From Spirochaetota bacterium (GTDB lineage: Bacteria; Spirochaetota; UBA4802; UBA5550), in contig JBNKTL010000016.1 in the NCBI GenBank assembly GCA_050298055.1, positions 1-64,000 on the forward strand: DNA of 64,000 bases, in the 5' to 3' direction. The notes under the pieces are model-generated. The model was given only the letters and a program-made list of their open reading frames with translations. It was not told the origin of the DNA and did not search any database. This document shows, one piece after another, positions 27,299-38,483 of this stretch (position 1 is the stretch's first letter; every line of letters begins with the position of its first letter). A program made the position numbers and the translations under genes.

Positions 27299-27856
27299 TT
27301 ATTTGTTAATTAAATCGCGCAGGAGCGCAGCTTCCTCATACCGTTCTTCTGCTACAGCCTTATTAAGCTTTTTCTTTAAATTCATGAGAGATTCATTTTC
27401 TAACTCACTGAACTTATCTACCGGTTCTATATTTTCATCAGGATTCTCAATAATATCATGGATAATGTGCGGGATCTTACCAACATGCATCTTTTCTCCA
27501 TGACATGCTGATATTACCGATGCCAGCGGCCTGTGCATGCTCTGAAAACAGTGTTCGCATCCCAGCTTACCTGTCCGTTTAAAGTCCATAAAGGAACACC
27601 CGCAGTTTTTACAGATAAAGCTCTCACTATCATTATTGAGTAAATCATTTCCCGGCTCACTCCTGTTTTCATAGAGTTCGCTCAGGTCCAGGAATGAGAG
27701 CATATCGGTTGCAGTCAGTGAGAAATTTGAGAGCTTTGAATTAAGTCCCATCTCCCGGGCACAGGCTTCACACAGGTGAACCTCCGACCTGTTGTCCCGG
27801 ATTATTTCAGTAAGATGAATTGTTGCTTTTTTTTTCTTGCACCTGTCACAGTTCAT
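27299..27856 (-). CDS. mcsA: McsA (zinc-finger, UvrB/UvrC motif protein)
   Basis: CDRC, LCEAC, CKNC, GKLGCEHC, HVGK.P, EERYEEAA.LRD; start taken at MNCDRC (27856). Confidence 0.9.
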   Translation of the reverse strand: MNCDRCKKKKATIHLTEIIRDNRSEVHLCEACAREMGLNSKLSNFSLTATDMLSFLDLSELYENRSEPGNDLLNNDSESFICKNCGCSFMDFKRTGKLGCEHCFQSMHRPLASVISACHGEKMHVGKIPHIIHDIIENPDENIEPVDKFSELENESLMNLKKKLNKAVAEERYEEAALLRDLINK

Positions 27857-28227
27857 TAGAGGACTTTTCTCTCTTTTCAAATATAAAGGTAATTGATAAT
27901 AAAAATAATTCTCATTGAAATGTCAAATTTTAAATTAAGGGCTTTTTAGAATTATGACGAAAAGCCGCTTAATTTGTTACACTCATAAAATCCAGGTTTA
28001 GTTCACTTATCCCTCTATTAAAATACATCAATTATTGAAAAGTGTAAACTACTATTTGGTAAAAATTTGAAATTGCATAACTCTTCATTTTAATTATCGG
28101 CAACAGGAAAGTGAAAAAAGTGGATCTGCTCCTTTTTTTACTCTGAATTGGGAAATATTAATTGAATTTTCGCAGGTAAATTGCCCGATGTTTATATTGA
28201 TTGGCGAAAAGATAAAAATCATGTCCC

Positions 28228-29454
28228 TTGAGAGAGATGTTTAAAATAAAAGAAAATAATAGATTAATCAATTATTTCGTATCAATCGGTGCAGGAATCA
28301 ATCAGCTTCCTTTGATAAACCATGCTAAACGCCTTGGTTTTAATATTATTGGTGTGGATTTTAACCCTTGCGCATCAGGCTTTATTAAGTGTGACCTGAA
28401 GATTGTGGAATCAATCGAAAATTACAATGATATATATATAAAGTTGAGTGAACAGCTCTTTGAGGGGACAATCAGGGGAATTATGACACGGTCATATGGC
28501 AAGGCTGTAATTACCGCCAGCTTTCTTAATGAAAAATTCAGGATACCCTTTATTCCCTTTAACAGGAGCAGTGATTTTGTCATCAAAAAGAAAATGAAGG
28601 AAATCTTCATCAAAAACAATATTCTCACCCCGGATATATATAATTTTACAAGCAGAACGAGGACCGAAAGGCTTAACTCTGATATTTTTCCCATAATAAA
28701 AAAACCTGTTGTGGGTCATGGGAAAACAGGAGTAAAAATTATTAATGACAGTGATAATCTGAAAAACGACCTTCCCGTAAAAGGAGAGAATGAAAAATCT
28801 CTTTATGAAAAATATATCGAGGGTGATGAGATAATTGCCGTGGGAATTGTCCACAACGGCAGGTATTACATTATTGATATTACTGATAAAATGAAGACAC
28901 CGCATCCTTCATTTGTTGATGTTATGCACGTCTCACCTTCACGGTATATCAATAAGATCGATGAAATTTCAAATATCGGTCAGGCCGTTGCAGATTCATT
29001 TGAAATTACCACCTCTCCTCTTATCATGGAGATCATTGTCGATAGTAAAGGCAGGCTCTACCTCATTGAAGCCGTACCGGAATTTGGAGGTGAGTTCCTT
29101 TCTGATGTCCTTGTCCCCTTAAGAACAGGTTACAGCATGATCGACCAGTCAATCATGAGTACTACGGGGACCGGTTTTAAAATACCTTCCGGAAAGCAGA
29201 AAAGAGGTGCTGTTGTTGTAAAATATATCATAGGAGACAATGGGAACCTCCTCTCCTTTAATCCAAACGGCCCCCTTCAATATAAAAGCACAATCTATTC
29301 AAGGATTTTTAAGGAAATTGGTTCAGAAATCAAAAAACCTGAAACGAACCATGACAGGGTCGGTGTTGTTATAACGAAGGGTTCATCGGCGGAAAATGCG
29401 ATTATGAACGCCGACAAGGCCATTGAGAGTTTTAATATTACAATTAAGGAATAA
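28228..29454 (+). CDS. ATP-grasp domain protein
   Basis: IGAGINQ, K..MK, FP.I.KP..G.G..GV, EKYIEGDE, LIE...GG. Confidence 0.8.
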   Translation: MREMFKIKENNRLINYFVSIGAGINQLPLINHAKRLGFNIIGVDFNPCASGFIKCDLKIVESIENYNDIYIKLSEQLFEGTIRGIMTRSYGKAVITASFLNEKFRIPFIPFNRSSDFVIKKKMKEIFIKNNILTPDIYNFTSRTRTERLNSDIFPIIKKPVVGHGKTGVKIINDSDNLKNDLPVKGENEKSLYEKYIEGDEIIAVGIVHNGRYYIIDITDKMKTPHPSFVDVMHVSPSRYINKIDEISNIGQAVADSFEITTSPLIMEIIVDSKGRLYLIEAVPEFGGEFLSDVLVPLRTGYSMIDQSIMSTTGTGFKIPSGKQKRGAVVVKYIIGDNGNLLSFNPNGPLQYKSTIYSRIFKEIGSEIKKPETNHDRVGVVITKGSSAENAIMNADKAIESFNITIKE

Positions 29455-29463
29455 TACTGACAG

Positions 29464-30105
29464 ATGAGTTCAAAGTGGGAAGAGCATTACAGGAGGGAAA
29501 AATCGGTTCTCTCATATCCTGATGAAAACCTCGTGAGGATACTTCACCGCCACCTGAATAGTATCAAGAGACCCGGTCCATTGAAAGCCGTAGACCTCGG
29601 TTGCGGGAGCGGAAGGCACCTGAAGTTGCTTGGTGAATCGGGAATATCCTCTGTTACCGGTATCGATGACAGCTATAATGCTCTCAGAATATGCATGAAG
29701 AACTACAACTGTTTCCTCCTTCAGTCGGATAATCTGGACCTGCCCATAAAGGAAAACAGTACTGATATTACAGTTGCCTGGGGTTCACTCCACTACAACC
29801 ATAAAAGGGAACTTCCCCGAATGATAGATGAAATTATCAGGATACTGAAACCGGGCGGTGTACTCCTTGCAACCCTCAGATCTGAGAGGGACACCCTGAT
29901 GAAAAAAGGGAAGCATATTGAAAATGATGTCTGGCAGACAGAGCTTGACGATATTAAAGGATCTATTGTCTCTTTTTACAGCGAAAAAGAACTCCATGAA
30001 TATTTCTGCCGGTTTTCCTCGTTGAAATATGGAATCATGGAGAGAAGCATTGTAGGTGACACCGGTAAACTTGTCTCCCACTGGGTCATATTTGCAGAAA
30101 AGTAG
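29464..30105 (+). CDS. Class I SAM-dependent methyltransferase
   Basis: YPDE..VR, DLGCGSGRH, RILKPGG. Confidence 0.88.
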   Translation: MSSKWEEHYRREKSVLSYPDENLVRILHRHLNSIKRPGPLKAVDLGCGSGRHLKLLGESGISSVTGIDDSYNALRICMKNYNCFLLQSDNLDLPIKENSTDITVAWGSLHYNHKRELPRMIDEIIRILKPGGVLLATLRSERDTLMKKGKHIENDVWQTELDDIKGSIVSFYSEKELHEYFCRFSSLKYGIMERSIVGDTGKLVSHWVIFAEK

Positions 30106-30168
30106 ATAAAACCGGCTTGATTTATTCCGCACCTGAATTTTAACTGAAATCAACAGGAGTTGTGGCTT

Positions 30169-31215
30169 ATGAAAAATGCAGTAATAATCGGTGCAACGGG
30201 TTTTGGAGGTCTGGGGCTCATAGAGATTCTCTTAAAGCACCCGGGATTTACTATTAAACAGCTCATTGCCAGGAAAGACTGCGGTAAAAGACTGAGTGAT
30301 GTATTTCCCCATATGACGGGACACTGCGATATCATGGTTGATTCACCGGAAGCGATCGACTACAGCGGAATTGATATTGCTTTCTTCTCCACCCCTGACA
30401 GGGTCGGTATGACAATTATAAAGGATTTTTTTGAAAAGAAGATCCCCGTTATCGACTACAGCGGTGATTTCAGGTTTAACTGCATTCCTGATTATGAAGT
30501 CTATGCAAGGAACAAAGGTGTGGATGAGAAACATTATTCACCCGAAATTCTTGAAAGTTCCGTCTACGGGCTCCCGGAGATATACAGGGATAATATTGCC
30601 CGGGCAAAAGTTGTTGGTAATCCCGGATGTTTTGCCATATGCATGATCCTCGGACTTCTCCCTGCTGCTGCAAAGGGTATTATCTCATCCGATACTATCA
30701 TCTGCGACGGGAAAACAGGTGTCTCCGGGGCAGGAAAAAATTCCGGTGAAGCAAACCTCTATCCGCAGCGATATGAAAACATCAATACCTATCGGGAAGG
30801 AGCGCATCAGCATCTTGTGGAAGCTGAAAATGTTATAAATGCTGTTTCTCAAAACAACAGGAAGATTCTCTTCATCCCTCAGATTGTCCCCATGAACAGG
30901 GGAATATTGATAAACTCCTATGCCGAACTTAACAGTAATATGAATACGGATGATGTACAGAAACTCTATAGTGACTATTATGCTGATAAACCCTTCGTAA
31001 CAGTCACCGGTGACTCTCTCCATACCGTACATGTAAGAGGCTCCAACCAGTGCAGGGTGCGCCCGGTTGTTGATAAAAGGACCGGGAAACTCTTTATAAC
31101 ATCTGTTATCGACAATCTTCTCAAAGGACAGTCAGGTAATGCTGTGCAGAATGCAAATATTATAATGGGATATGATGAAACGGCCGGGCTGCTCAATCCG
31201 GCTTTCTATCCGTAA
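30169..31215 (+). CDS. argC: N-acetyl-gamma-glutamyl-phosphate reductase
   Basis: GATGFGG, YGLPE, NPGCF, GVSGAG, IDNLLKG..GNAVQN. Confidence 0.93.
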   Translation: MKNAVIIGATGFGGLGLIEILLKHPGFTIKQLIARKDCGKRLSDVFPHMTGHCDIMVDSPEAIDYSGIDIAFFSTPDRVGMTIIKDFFEKKIPVIDYSGDFRFNCIPDYEVYARNKGVDEKHYSPEILESSVYGLPEIYRDNIARAKVVGNPGCFAICMILGLLPAAAKGIISSDTIICDGKTGVSGAGKNSGEANLYPQRYENINTYREGAHQHLVEAENVINAVSQNNRKILFIPQIVPMNRGILINSYAELNSNMNTDDVQKLYSDYYADKPFVTVTGDSLHTVHVRGSNQCRVRPVVDKRTGKLFITSVIDNLLKGQSGNAVQNANIIMGYDETAGLLNPAFYP

Positions 31216-31331
31216 AAATAGAGCACCTGGATTCATCAATTTCCTTGACAACATGTAAAGAATTTTAAAAAATTATTTTTACACATATTCATGAGAAGGG
31301 TATGATTAATTAATCAGAGGATAAAACAAAT

Positions 31332-33077
31332 ATGTCCACAACCTTAACAAGCGGGACCAGTGTTTCTCCCGGAATAAAAATTGGGAAAGCGTATGTTTTC
31401 AGCAGCAGCAGAGTTATCATCCCGAAATATATGGTCAAGGACAACGAGATTAACGATGAGCTGAAAAGATTCAATGACGCGGTAAATCAGACCAAGAAAG
31501 ATATATCAAAGATACAGAAACAGCTCTCCCAGGGACTTTCCAAAGATCTGGCCGATATTTTTACCAGTCATCTCATGGTCCTCGAAGACCCCCTGATTGT
31601 TGAGAAGGCTAAAAATGAGATCATCCAGAAAAAGAGAAATGCGGAATGGATCATAAATGATATCTCAGTGGACCTGGTCAACAGTCTTAATACAATCGAG
31701 GATGAATACCTGAGAGAGAGGATCATAGACATTACCGATATCTACAAAAGGCTTATCAGCAACCTTCAACAGACCGAAACACGGTCTCTCTCAGATATAG
31801 ATGAAGAGGTGATCATTTTTGCCAACGATCTCACCCCGTCGGAAACAGCCCTCATGGACAAGAGATATATTCTGGCATTTGTTACTGACCGAGGCGGGAG
31901 GACTTCACATACATCAATCATGGCAAGGGCCCTGGAGATACCGGCAATTGTCGGCACAAGAAACGGGACGTCCCTTGCCAAAACCGGCGATACTGTTATT
32001 GTTGACGCAATACACAGCCAGGTTATTATAAATCCAACCGATGATGAAATAATAGAGTATGAAAAGTATGAGAGGGATTTCAGGGAGCTGGAACTTGAAC
32101 TGGCCAAACTCACGAGCCTCCCCTCCCTGACACTGGACAATGAAGAAATATCAATCTACGGAAATATTGAGATCCCGGAAGAGAAAGTTGTAATCAGGGA
32201 CCATGGGGCACAGGGGATAGGACTTTACCGTTCCGAGTTCCTTTTCCTTGAAAAATCACTCCCTGATGAGGAGAAACAATTCCAGGAATACAAAAAGGTT
32301 GTTGAATACTTCAACCCCCTGCCTGTTACAATCCGAACCATTGACATGGGGGGAGATAAGATTTATACCGACACAAAACCGGAGAAGGAGAGAAATCCTT
32401 TCCTGGGATGCAGGGCAATCCGCTTCAGCCTTGAACACAGGGAAATCTTTAAAGTGCAGCTCCGTGCCATTCTCCGGGCCAGCCATTTTGGAAATACCCG
32501 GCTGATGTTCCCGATGATAACAACAATTGATGAGTTCCTGAAGGCAAAGTCCATAACACGGGAAGTAATGGATGAACTGAAAAAGGAAAGCATACCTTTC
32601 AATGAAAAGATACCCATAGGACTCATGATTGAAGTTCCATCAGCAGCAATAAATTCAGATGTTCTCTCAAAGTACGCGGACTTTTTCTCGGTTGGCACAA
32701 ACGATCTTGTCCAGTATACTCTTGCAGTGGACCGGATATATGAAAAAATTGCCTATCTCTATAATCCCCTGAACCTTTCAATTTTGAGGCTGCTGAAAAA
32801 CGTCGTTGAAGTATCAAAAAAATTCAACATTCCCCTCTCTATCTGCGGGGAGATGGCCGGTGAGCCCCAGTATACCATGGTACTCATAGGTCTCGGATTC
32901 AGGCATTTCTCCATGGGTCCCGCTTATATGTACCAGATTAAAAAGATCATCCGGTCTATAACCATCGAAGAATGCGAAAACCTGGTCAACACCCTTCTTG
33001 AACTGGAAAATACCGAGGAAATTGAGAAAAGGGTCAGAGCAATCTGCAAAGAAAAATTTCAAGAGATCCTTTTTTAA
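31332..33077 (+). CDS. ptsI: Phosphoenolpyruvate-protein phosphotransferase (PTS enzyme I)
   Basis: GGRTSH phospho-His, GLYRSEFL, ENPFLG-like ERNPFLGCRAIR, MIEVP, SVGTNDL, CGEMAG. Confidence 0.95.
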   Translation: MSTTLTSGTSVSPGIKIGKAYVFSSSRVIIPKYMVKDNEINDELKRFNDAVNQTKKDISKIQKQLSQGLSKDLADIFTSHLMVLEDPLIVEKAKNEIIQKKRNAEWIINDISVDLVNSLNTIEDEYLRERIIDITDIYKRLISNLQQTETRSLSDIDEEVIIFANDLTPSETALMDKRYILAFVTDRGGRTSHTSIMARALEIPAIVGTRNGTSLAKTGDTVIVDAIHSQVIINPTDDEIIEYEKYERDFRELELELAKLTSLPSLTLDNEEISIYGNIEIPEEKVVIRDHGAQGIGLYRSEFLFLEKSLPDEEKQFQEYKKVVEYFNPLPVTIRTIDMGGDKIYTDTKPEKERNPFLGCRAIRFSLEHREIFKVQLRAILRASHFGNTRLMFPMITTIDEFLKAKSITREVMDELKKESIPFNEKIPIGLMIEVPSAAINSDVLSKYADFFSVGTNDLVQYTLAVDRIYEKIAYLYNPLNLSILRLLKNVVEVSKKFNIPLSICGEMAGEPQYTMVLIGLGFRHFSMGPAYMYQIKKIIRSITIEECENLVNTLLELENTEEIEKRVRAICKEKFQEILF

Positions 33078-33078
33078 A

Positions 33079-33831
33079 ATGATATTATACCACAGGCTGG
33101 CTGAATACTACTTCGCCATTGAAAATATCAACAGGGAGATTGAGAACGATATATCCCTTGTGCGCTCATACCTTCACGGAATGAAATCCCCTTCTCTCCT
33201 TGACCTTGGCTGCGGGACCGGAGAACATCTTATACAGCTCTCCAGGTATGGCATACACTGTGTTGGCCTGGACAGCAGCGAAGATATGCTGGAAATTGCC
33301 CGGGAGCGGTCCCCGGAAAAAATTGAATATATTAAGTGTGATGTAACAGATTTTGATTATTATGATGATTTTGATATGATTATTTCCTTTTTCGGATCTC
33401 TGAACTACCTTCTTAACGACAGTGAAATCGACGCTGCCATGTGGAATACGTGGCGTGCCCTGAAGCCGGGGGGAATTGGGCTTTTTGAGATATGGAGTTC
33501 ATACCCCATAGATAAAATACACGCAAAGGATATGGACCATGTTTCAACAACCAGCTACGGAGATAAGAAAATAAAACGGAACAGGGGATTTGCCCGGATG
33601 GATCATCCTGATAAAACGATTGTGGAAGTGAATTACAGGTACGAGATAAGTTCCGGAAGCAGTACCGAGTACATTGAGGACAGACATGTTATGAGGGCTT
33701 TCAGTAAAGATGAAATAAGCCGCTTCATGGAAGAAAACGGCTTATCAATAATCTCAATATATTCAAATAACCTGAAAGAACCCTTTAAAAAGTATTCCAA
33801 CAAGATGATGATTCATTTTACAAAGGATTGA
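33079..33831 (+). CDS. Class I SAM-dependent methyltransferase
   Basis: LLDLGCGTGEH, GLDSS.DML, ALKPGG; ATG at 33079 just after the ptsI stop. Confidence 0.88.
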   Translation: MILYHRLAEYYFAIENINREIENDISLVRSYLHGMKSPSLLDLGCGTGEHLIQLSRYGIHCVGLDSSEDMLEIARERSPEKIEYIKCDVTDFDYYDDFDMIISFFGSLNYLLNDSEIDAAMWNTWRALKPGGIGLFEIWSSYPIDKIHAKDMDHVSTTSYGDKKIKRNRGFARMDHPDKTIVEVNYRYEISSGSSTEYIEDRHVMRAFSKDEISRFMEENGLSIISIYSNNLKEPFKKYSNKMMIHFTKD

Positions 33832-33837
33832 CCGGTT

Positions 33838-36303
33838 TCACATCTCCATCCTCTTATCATCACCTTCCGACGGTATATCGGTCTTGTTCTTTTTAAAATC
33901 CGCTTTCCAGTCGTCAATTGTCTCTTTCCATTTATCGAAGAGTACCTTTGTTTTTTCCGAATCCTTAAAAAACTTCTCCGGATTTTTTAACGCCAGGAAG
34001 AGAACCTCTTCCATGGTTGATACCGGGTGAAAGACCATCTGCTTTTTTACATAATCGGGTATCTTTTCAAGGTCTTTCTCGTTTTCCTTGGGAATAATAA
34101 CATGTTTGATATCTCCCCTGTGGGCCGCAAGGACCTTTTCTTTAAGACCGCCGATCTGGAGGACCTTCCCCCTGAGTGTAATTTCTCCTGTCATTGCCAG
34201 ATCACATCTTACGGGAATATCACTGAAAATCGATGCAACTACAACCGCCATTGTAATCCCGGCAGAGGGACCGTCCTTTGGGATACCCCCTTCAGGAACA
34301 TGAAGGTGAACATCATAGTCACTCAGATATTCGTCTGCAAGGTTGAAGAACTGCTGGTTTGCTTTAATATAAGTCATTGCAGCCTGTCCCGACTCCTGCA
34401 TAACTTCACCCAGTTTACCTGTCAGTGTCAGTTTTCCTTTCCCCTTTATCAGCAGTGCTTCAACATTGAGCACTTCACCACCCACAGATGTCCATGCAAG
34501 TCCTTTGGCAAGCCCTATTTCATGCTCCAGTTCCTTAACGCCATACTTGAACTTTATGGCTCCAAGGTACTGGTGAAGGACTTCCTCATCAATGACCTTT
34601 TTAAAGTCTTCTCCCTGTTCTACCACTTCCCGAGCGGCTTTACGGCAGACTTTGGCAATAACACGTTCAATGTTTCTCACCCCGGCTTCCCGGGTATAAT
34701 GCCGTATGGTATAGAGCATGGCCTCTTTGCCATATTCAATGTTTTTATCCCGGAGGCCGTTTTCCTTTATCTGTTTTCCCAGGAGAAAATTAAGGGCGAT
34801 ATTCAGTTTTTCCGGCTCGGTATAACTTGTAATTTCAATTATCTCCATCCTGTCCTGGAGCGGCAGGGGAATCTCATGCTGGACATTGGCAGTGGTAATA
34901 AACATGACATCGGTAAGATCATACGGAACTTCCATATAGTGATCAACAAAGTTGAAATTCTGTTCCGGATCCAGCACTTCCAGAAGTGCAGATGAAGGAT
35001 CACCCCTGAAGTCCATGGACATTTTGTCTATCTCATCGAGAAGGATCACTGGATTTACAGTACCGGCTTTTTTCATCATCTGTATAATGCGCCCGGGAAG
35101 CGCTCCCACATAGGTTCTTCTGTGGCCCCTGATCTCGGCTTCATCCCTGACGCCGCCAAGTGACATCCTGACAAATTTCCTTCCCAGGGCCCTGGCTACC
35201 GATTTCCCCAGGGACGTTTTACCCACACCCGGGGGGCCGACAAAACAGAGTATTGGACCTTTCAGTTTTTTTGAGAGCTTGCTCACTGCGATATATTCTA
35301 TTATCCTCTCCTTGACCTCTTCCAATCCGTAATGATCTTCATTGAGGATATTCATGGACTGCTCTATCTTCTTGTTGTCCTTTGTTTTCTTCTTCCAGGG
35401 GACATCTCTCAACCACTCAATATATGTTCTGACGACCGCGGATTCCGCAGACATGGGGGGCATTTTTTCAAGTCTTTTGAGTTCCTGCAGGGCCTTCTGC
35501 TTTGCCTCTTTGCTCAGGCTCGTACTCTCGATGGATTTCCTCATTTCCTCAATTTCGTCACCCTCTTCACCGGATTGGCCAAGCTCTTTCTTGATAACCT
35601 TCATCTGTTCATTGAGGTAGTACTCTTTCTGGGTCTTTTCCATCTGCTTCCTGACCTGGCCCTGGATCTTCTTCTCAATATACATGACCTCGATTTCACC
35701 GTTGATCAACTCTATGAGCTTCTTAATCCTGTCATAAGGATTGCCAAGTTCAAGTATTGACTGCTTATACTCAATCCTCATCTCGATATGTGATGCGAGA
35801 ACATCAACAAACTGCGATATATCATCTATCCCCGATGCTGTGGTAAGGGCTTCTTTGGGGACTTTTTTGTTCAGCTTAATGTACTTCTCAAACTCCTTCA
35901 TGAGGGTGTTCTTGAGTGCGGCTATATCAGTTTCCGTGTCCGGTTCCCTTTCGATATCTTTGATTGAGACACTGTAAAATTCACCTTCGGTTTCAAGATC
36001 TGAAATATAGGCCCTCCGCTTCCCCTCTACAAGGACTTTTATTGTCCCATCGGGGAGCTTGAGAAGCTGAAGAATTTCTGAAACTGTTCCAACGTCATAG
36101 ATGTCCTTCTTTTCAGGGACAGTAACATGCGCATCAATCTGTGTTGCAAGGATGATCAGCCTGTTCTCTTTCATCGCGCTGTCAAGGGCTTTAACAGACT
36201 TATCCCTCCCTACAAAAAGGGGAATGATCATATGGGGAAATACAACGACATCTCTTAACGGTAACAGGGGATAGGGTTTATCAAATTCAATATTTTTTTT
36301 CAT
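33838..36303 (-). CDS. lon: ATP-dependent protease La
   Basis: [36 protein letters not shown]. Confidence 0.97.
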   Translation of the reverse strand: MKKNIEFDKPYPLLPLRDVVVFPHMIIPLFVGRDKSVKALDSAMKENRLIILATQIDAHVTVPEKKDIYDVGTVSEILQLLKLPDGTIKVLVEGKRRAYISDLETEGEFYSVSIKDIEREPDTETDIAALKNTLMKEFEKYIKLNKKVPKEALTTASGIDDISQFVDVLASHIEMRIEYKQSILELGNPYDRIKKLIELINGEIEVMYIEKKIQGQVRKQMEKTQKEYYLNEQMKVIKKELGQSGEEGDEIEEMRKSIESTSLSKEAKQKALQELKRLEKMPPMSAESAVVRTYIEWLRDVPWKKKTKDNKKIEQSMNILNEDHYGLEEVKERIIEYIAVSKLSKKLKGPILCFVGPPGVGKTSLGKSVARALGRKFVRMSLGGVRDEAEIRGHRRTYVGALPGRIIQMMKKAGTVNPVILLDEIDKMSMDFRGDPSSALLEVLDPEQNFNFVDHYMEVPYDLTDVMFITTANVQHEIPLPLQDRMEIIEITSYTEPEKLNIALNFLLGKQIKENGLRDKNIEYGKEAMLYTIRHYTREAGVRNIERVIAKVCRKAAREVVEQGEDFKKVIDEEVLHQYLGAIKFKYGVKELEHEIGLAKGLAWTSVGGEVLNVEALLIKGKGKLTLTGKLGEVMQESGQAAMTYIKANQQFFNLADEYLSDYDVHLHVPEGGIPKDGPSAGITMAVVVASIFSDIPVRCDLAMTGEITLRGKVLQIGGLKEKVLAAHRGDIKHVIIPKENEKDLEKIPDYVKKQMVFHPVSTMEEVLFLALKNPEKFFKDSEKTKVLFDKWKETIDDWKADFKKNKTDIPSEGDDKRMEM

Positions 36304-36342
36304 TTTACACTCTTTTTATATGGGTCATTAAAAAGAAGCAGT

Positions 36343-37599
36343 TTATGCTGACTTTTCTTCTTCACTGTATGTAATGAGAGGTTCATCTTCACCCTTAACC
36401 ATTTTCCTGGTTATGGTGATCTTTTCAATATTGCTCACAGAAGGAACATCGTACATTAAATCGAGCATCACCTTTTCAAGAACTGCCCGTAAACCCCGGG
36501 CTCCCAGTTCCCTCTCCATGGCGATATTCGCTATTTCCTCTATTGCTTCGTTTTCAAAAACAAGCTCAATATCCTCAAAGGAAAATATTTTACCGTACTG
36601 CTTCACCAGGGCATTTTTCGGTTCGGATAAAATCCGTATAAGTGCGTCCGTATCCAGGCTGTTCAATACTGCTACAACCGGGAACCTGCCCACAAATTCG
36701 GGTATGAGGCCATACTTTATCAGGTCTTCCGGTGCCACCTGTTTGATGATCTCTTCCCTGTTAACATCTTTTTTGGATTTAATCTCCGCGCCAAAACCGA
36801 GGGTTTTATTTCCTATCCTGTTTTCAACTATTGAATCCAGGGATATGAAAGCTCCGCCTACAATAAAGAGGATATTCCGGGTATCGATGGAGATAAACTC
36901 CTGGTGCGGGTGTTTCCTCCCCCCCTGGGGCGGAACATTTGCAACTGTGCCTTCAATAATTTTAAGAAGTGCCTGCTGCACTCCTTCACCGGATACGTCC
37001 CGGGTAATTGAAGGATTATCTGATTTTCTTGAAATTTTATCGATCTCATCTATGTAAATAATTCCAATCTCGGCTTTCTTGATATCACCGTTGGCATTCT
37101 GTATCAGTCTGAGAAGGATATTCTCAACATCCTCGCCCACATACCCCGCTTCTGTGAGTGATGTGGCATCGACTATTGCGAAGGGCACCTTAAGGATCCT
37201 GGCCAGAGTCTGGGCGAGGAGTGTTTTCCCCGTCCCGGTTGGTCCTGTGAGAAGGATATTGCTCTTATCAAGTTCAACATCATTTTTTTTGAGTTTGTTG
37301 TTGCTGAATATCCTCTTGTAATGATTGTATACGGCAACAGAGAGAATTTTCTTGGCTTCATCCTGCCCGATCACATACTCATTTAATATCTCATAAATAT
37401 CCTTGGGCTTTGGCAGACTTTTGAAATCTCCGTCAAAATCAGAATCGTGCTCATCTGTTACAATTTCATTGCAAAGCTCGATACATTCATCGCAGATATA
37501 TACATCAGGTCCTGCCACAAGCTTCTTCACAACTTCCTGACTTTTTCCGCAGAAAGAACAGAAGAGCTTTGTTTTCGTATCCTTCTTTTTAGATGTCAT
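36343..37599 (-). CDS. clpX: ATP-dependent Clp protease ATP-binding subunit ClpX
   Basis: CSFCGK zinc finger, [27 protein letters not shown] loop. Confidence 0.97.
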   Translation of the reverse strand: MTSKKKDTKTKLFCSFCGKSQEVVKKLVAGPDVYICDECIELCNEIVTDEHDSDFDGDFKSLPKPKDIYEILNEYVIGQDEAKKILSVAVYNHYKRIFSNNKLKKNDVELDKSNILLTGPTGTGKTLLAQTLARILKVPFAIVDATSLTEAGYVGEDVENILLRLIQNANGDIKKAEIGIIYIDEIDKISRKSDNPSITRDVSGEGVQQALLKIIEGTVANVPPQGGRKHPHQEFISIDTRNILFIVGGAFISLDSIVENRIGNKTLGFGAEIKSKKDVNREEIIKQVAPEDLIKYGLIPEFVGRFPVVAVLNSLDTDALIRILSEPKNALVKQYGKIFSFEDIELVFENEAIEEIANIAMERELGARGLRAVLEKVMLDLMYDVPSVSNIEKITITRKMVKGEDEPLITYSEEEKSA

Positions 37600-37615
37600 A
37601 TAAGCCTCTCAATAA

Positions 37616-38197
37616 TCATTTTCTCTCTATTACCTTGTCAATTATCCCGTAATCCCGGGCTTCCTCTGCACTCATAAAATAATCTCTATCTACATCTTTG
37701 GCAATCTTTTCCACAGGTTTTCCCGTGTGCAGGGAATAAATTTCATTCAATTTGTGCTTAATCTTAATAATTTCCTTGGCCTGTATCTCAATATCGGAGG
37801 CCTGGCCCTGGAACCCCCCAGCCGGCTGGTGGATCATGATCCTTGAATTGGGGAGTGCGGACCTCTTCCCCTTTGCTCCCGCGGAAAGAAGAAGTGATCC
37901 CATTGAAGCTGCCTGTCCTATACATATTGTGGCAACATCCGGCTTGATATACTGCATGGTATCGTAGATAGCCATCCCTGATGTAACAACTCCCCCCGGT
38001 GAATTTATATAGAGAAAGATGTCCTTATCCGGATCTTCTGCTTCCAGAAAGAGAAACTGCGCAATAATCAGGCTCGAGATATGGTCATCAACCGCTTCTC
38101 CAAGAAATATTATCCTGTCCTTTAACAGCCTTGAATAAATATCATAAGACCTTTCACCCCTGCTTGTCTGTTCAACTACAATAGGAACTAAACTCAT
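37616..38197 (-). CDS. clpP: ATP-dependent Clp protease proteolytic subunit
   Basis: [27 protein letters not shown]. Confidence 0.97.
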   Translation of the reverse strand: MSLVPIVVEQTSRGERSYDIYSRLLKDRIIFLGEAVDDHISSLIIAQFLFLEAEDPDKDIFLYINSPGGVVTSGMAIYDTMQYIKPDVATICIGQAASMGSLLLSAGAKGKRSALPNSRIMIHQPAGGFQGQASDIEIQAKEIIKIKHKLNEIYSLHTGKPVEKIAKDVDRDYFMSAEEARDYGIIDKVIERK

Positions 38198-38483
38198 CGA
38201 TTTCTCCTCATTTTTCTATTGATCAGTCTGGAATGACAGGCTTCCTGATTTTTTACATAAGTATGCCGAAATGACTTTTATATTTTATGAGTGCTTCGTG
38301 CACCCGTTAAGGAACATCAGAAAAAATATTTATTGATGTTCCCCTCTATAAATAGAATCGGCACTATCAGGCTGCCATCCTCATCCTTTTTTTACATTAT
38401 GCTCAATTAAATACCCGGTCCTTATCAGCCGGATACTCTGACAATTCACTTAATTATCTTTAATACTGACATTATATAATCTA

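Noticed and set aside
27857..28227. CtsR or CIRCE operator upstream of mcsA
   Set aside because: No tandem GTCAAA heptad repeat or TTAGCACTC-N9-GAGTGCTAA found
34027..34995. 322-aa antisense ORF within lon (and similar shadows in clpX, clpC and ptsI)
   Set aside because: Codon-symmetry shadow of conserved genes
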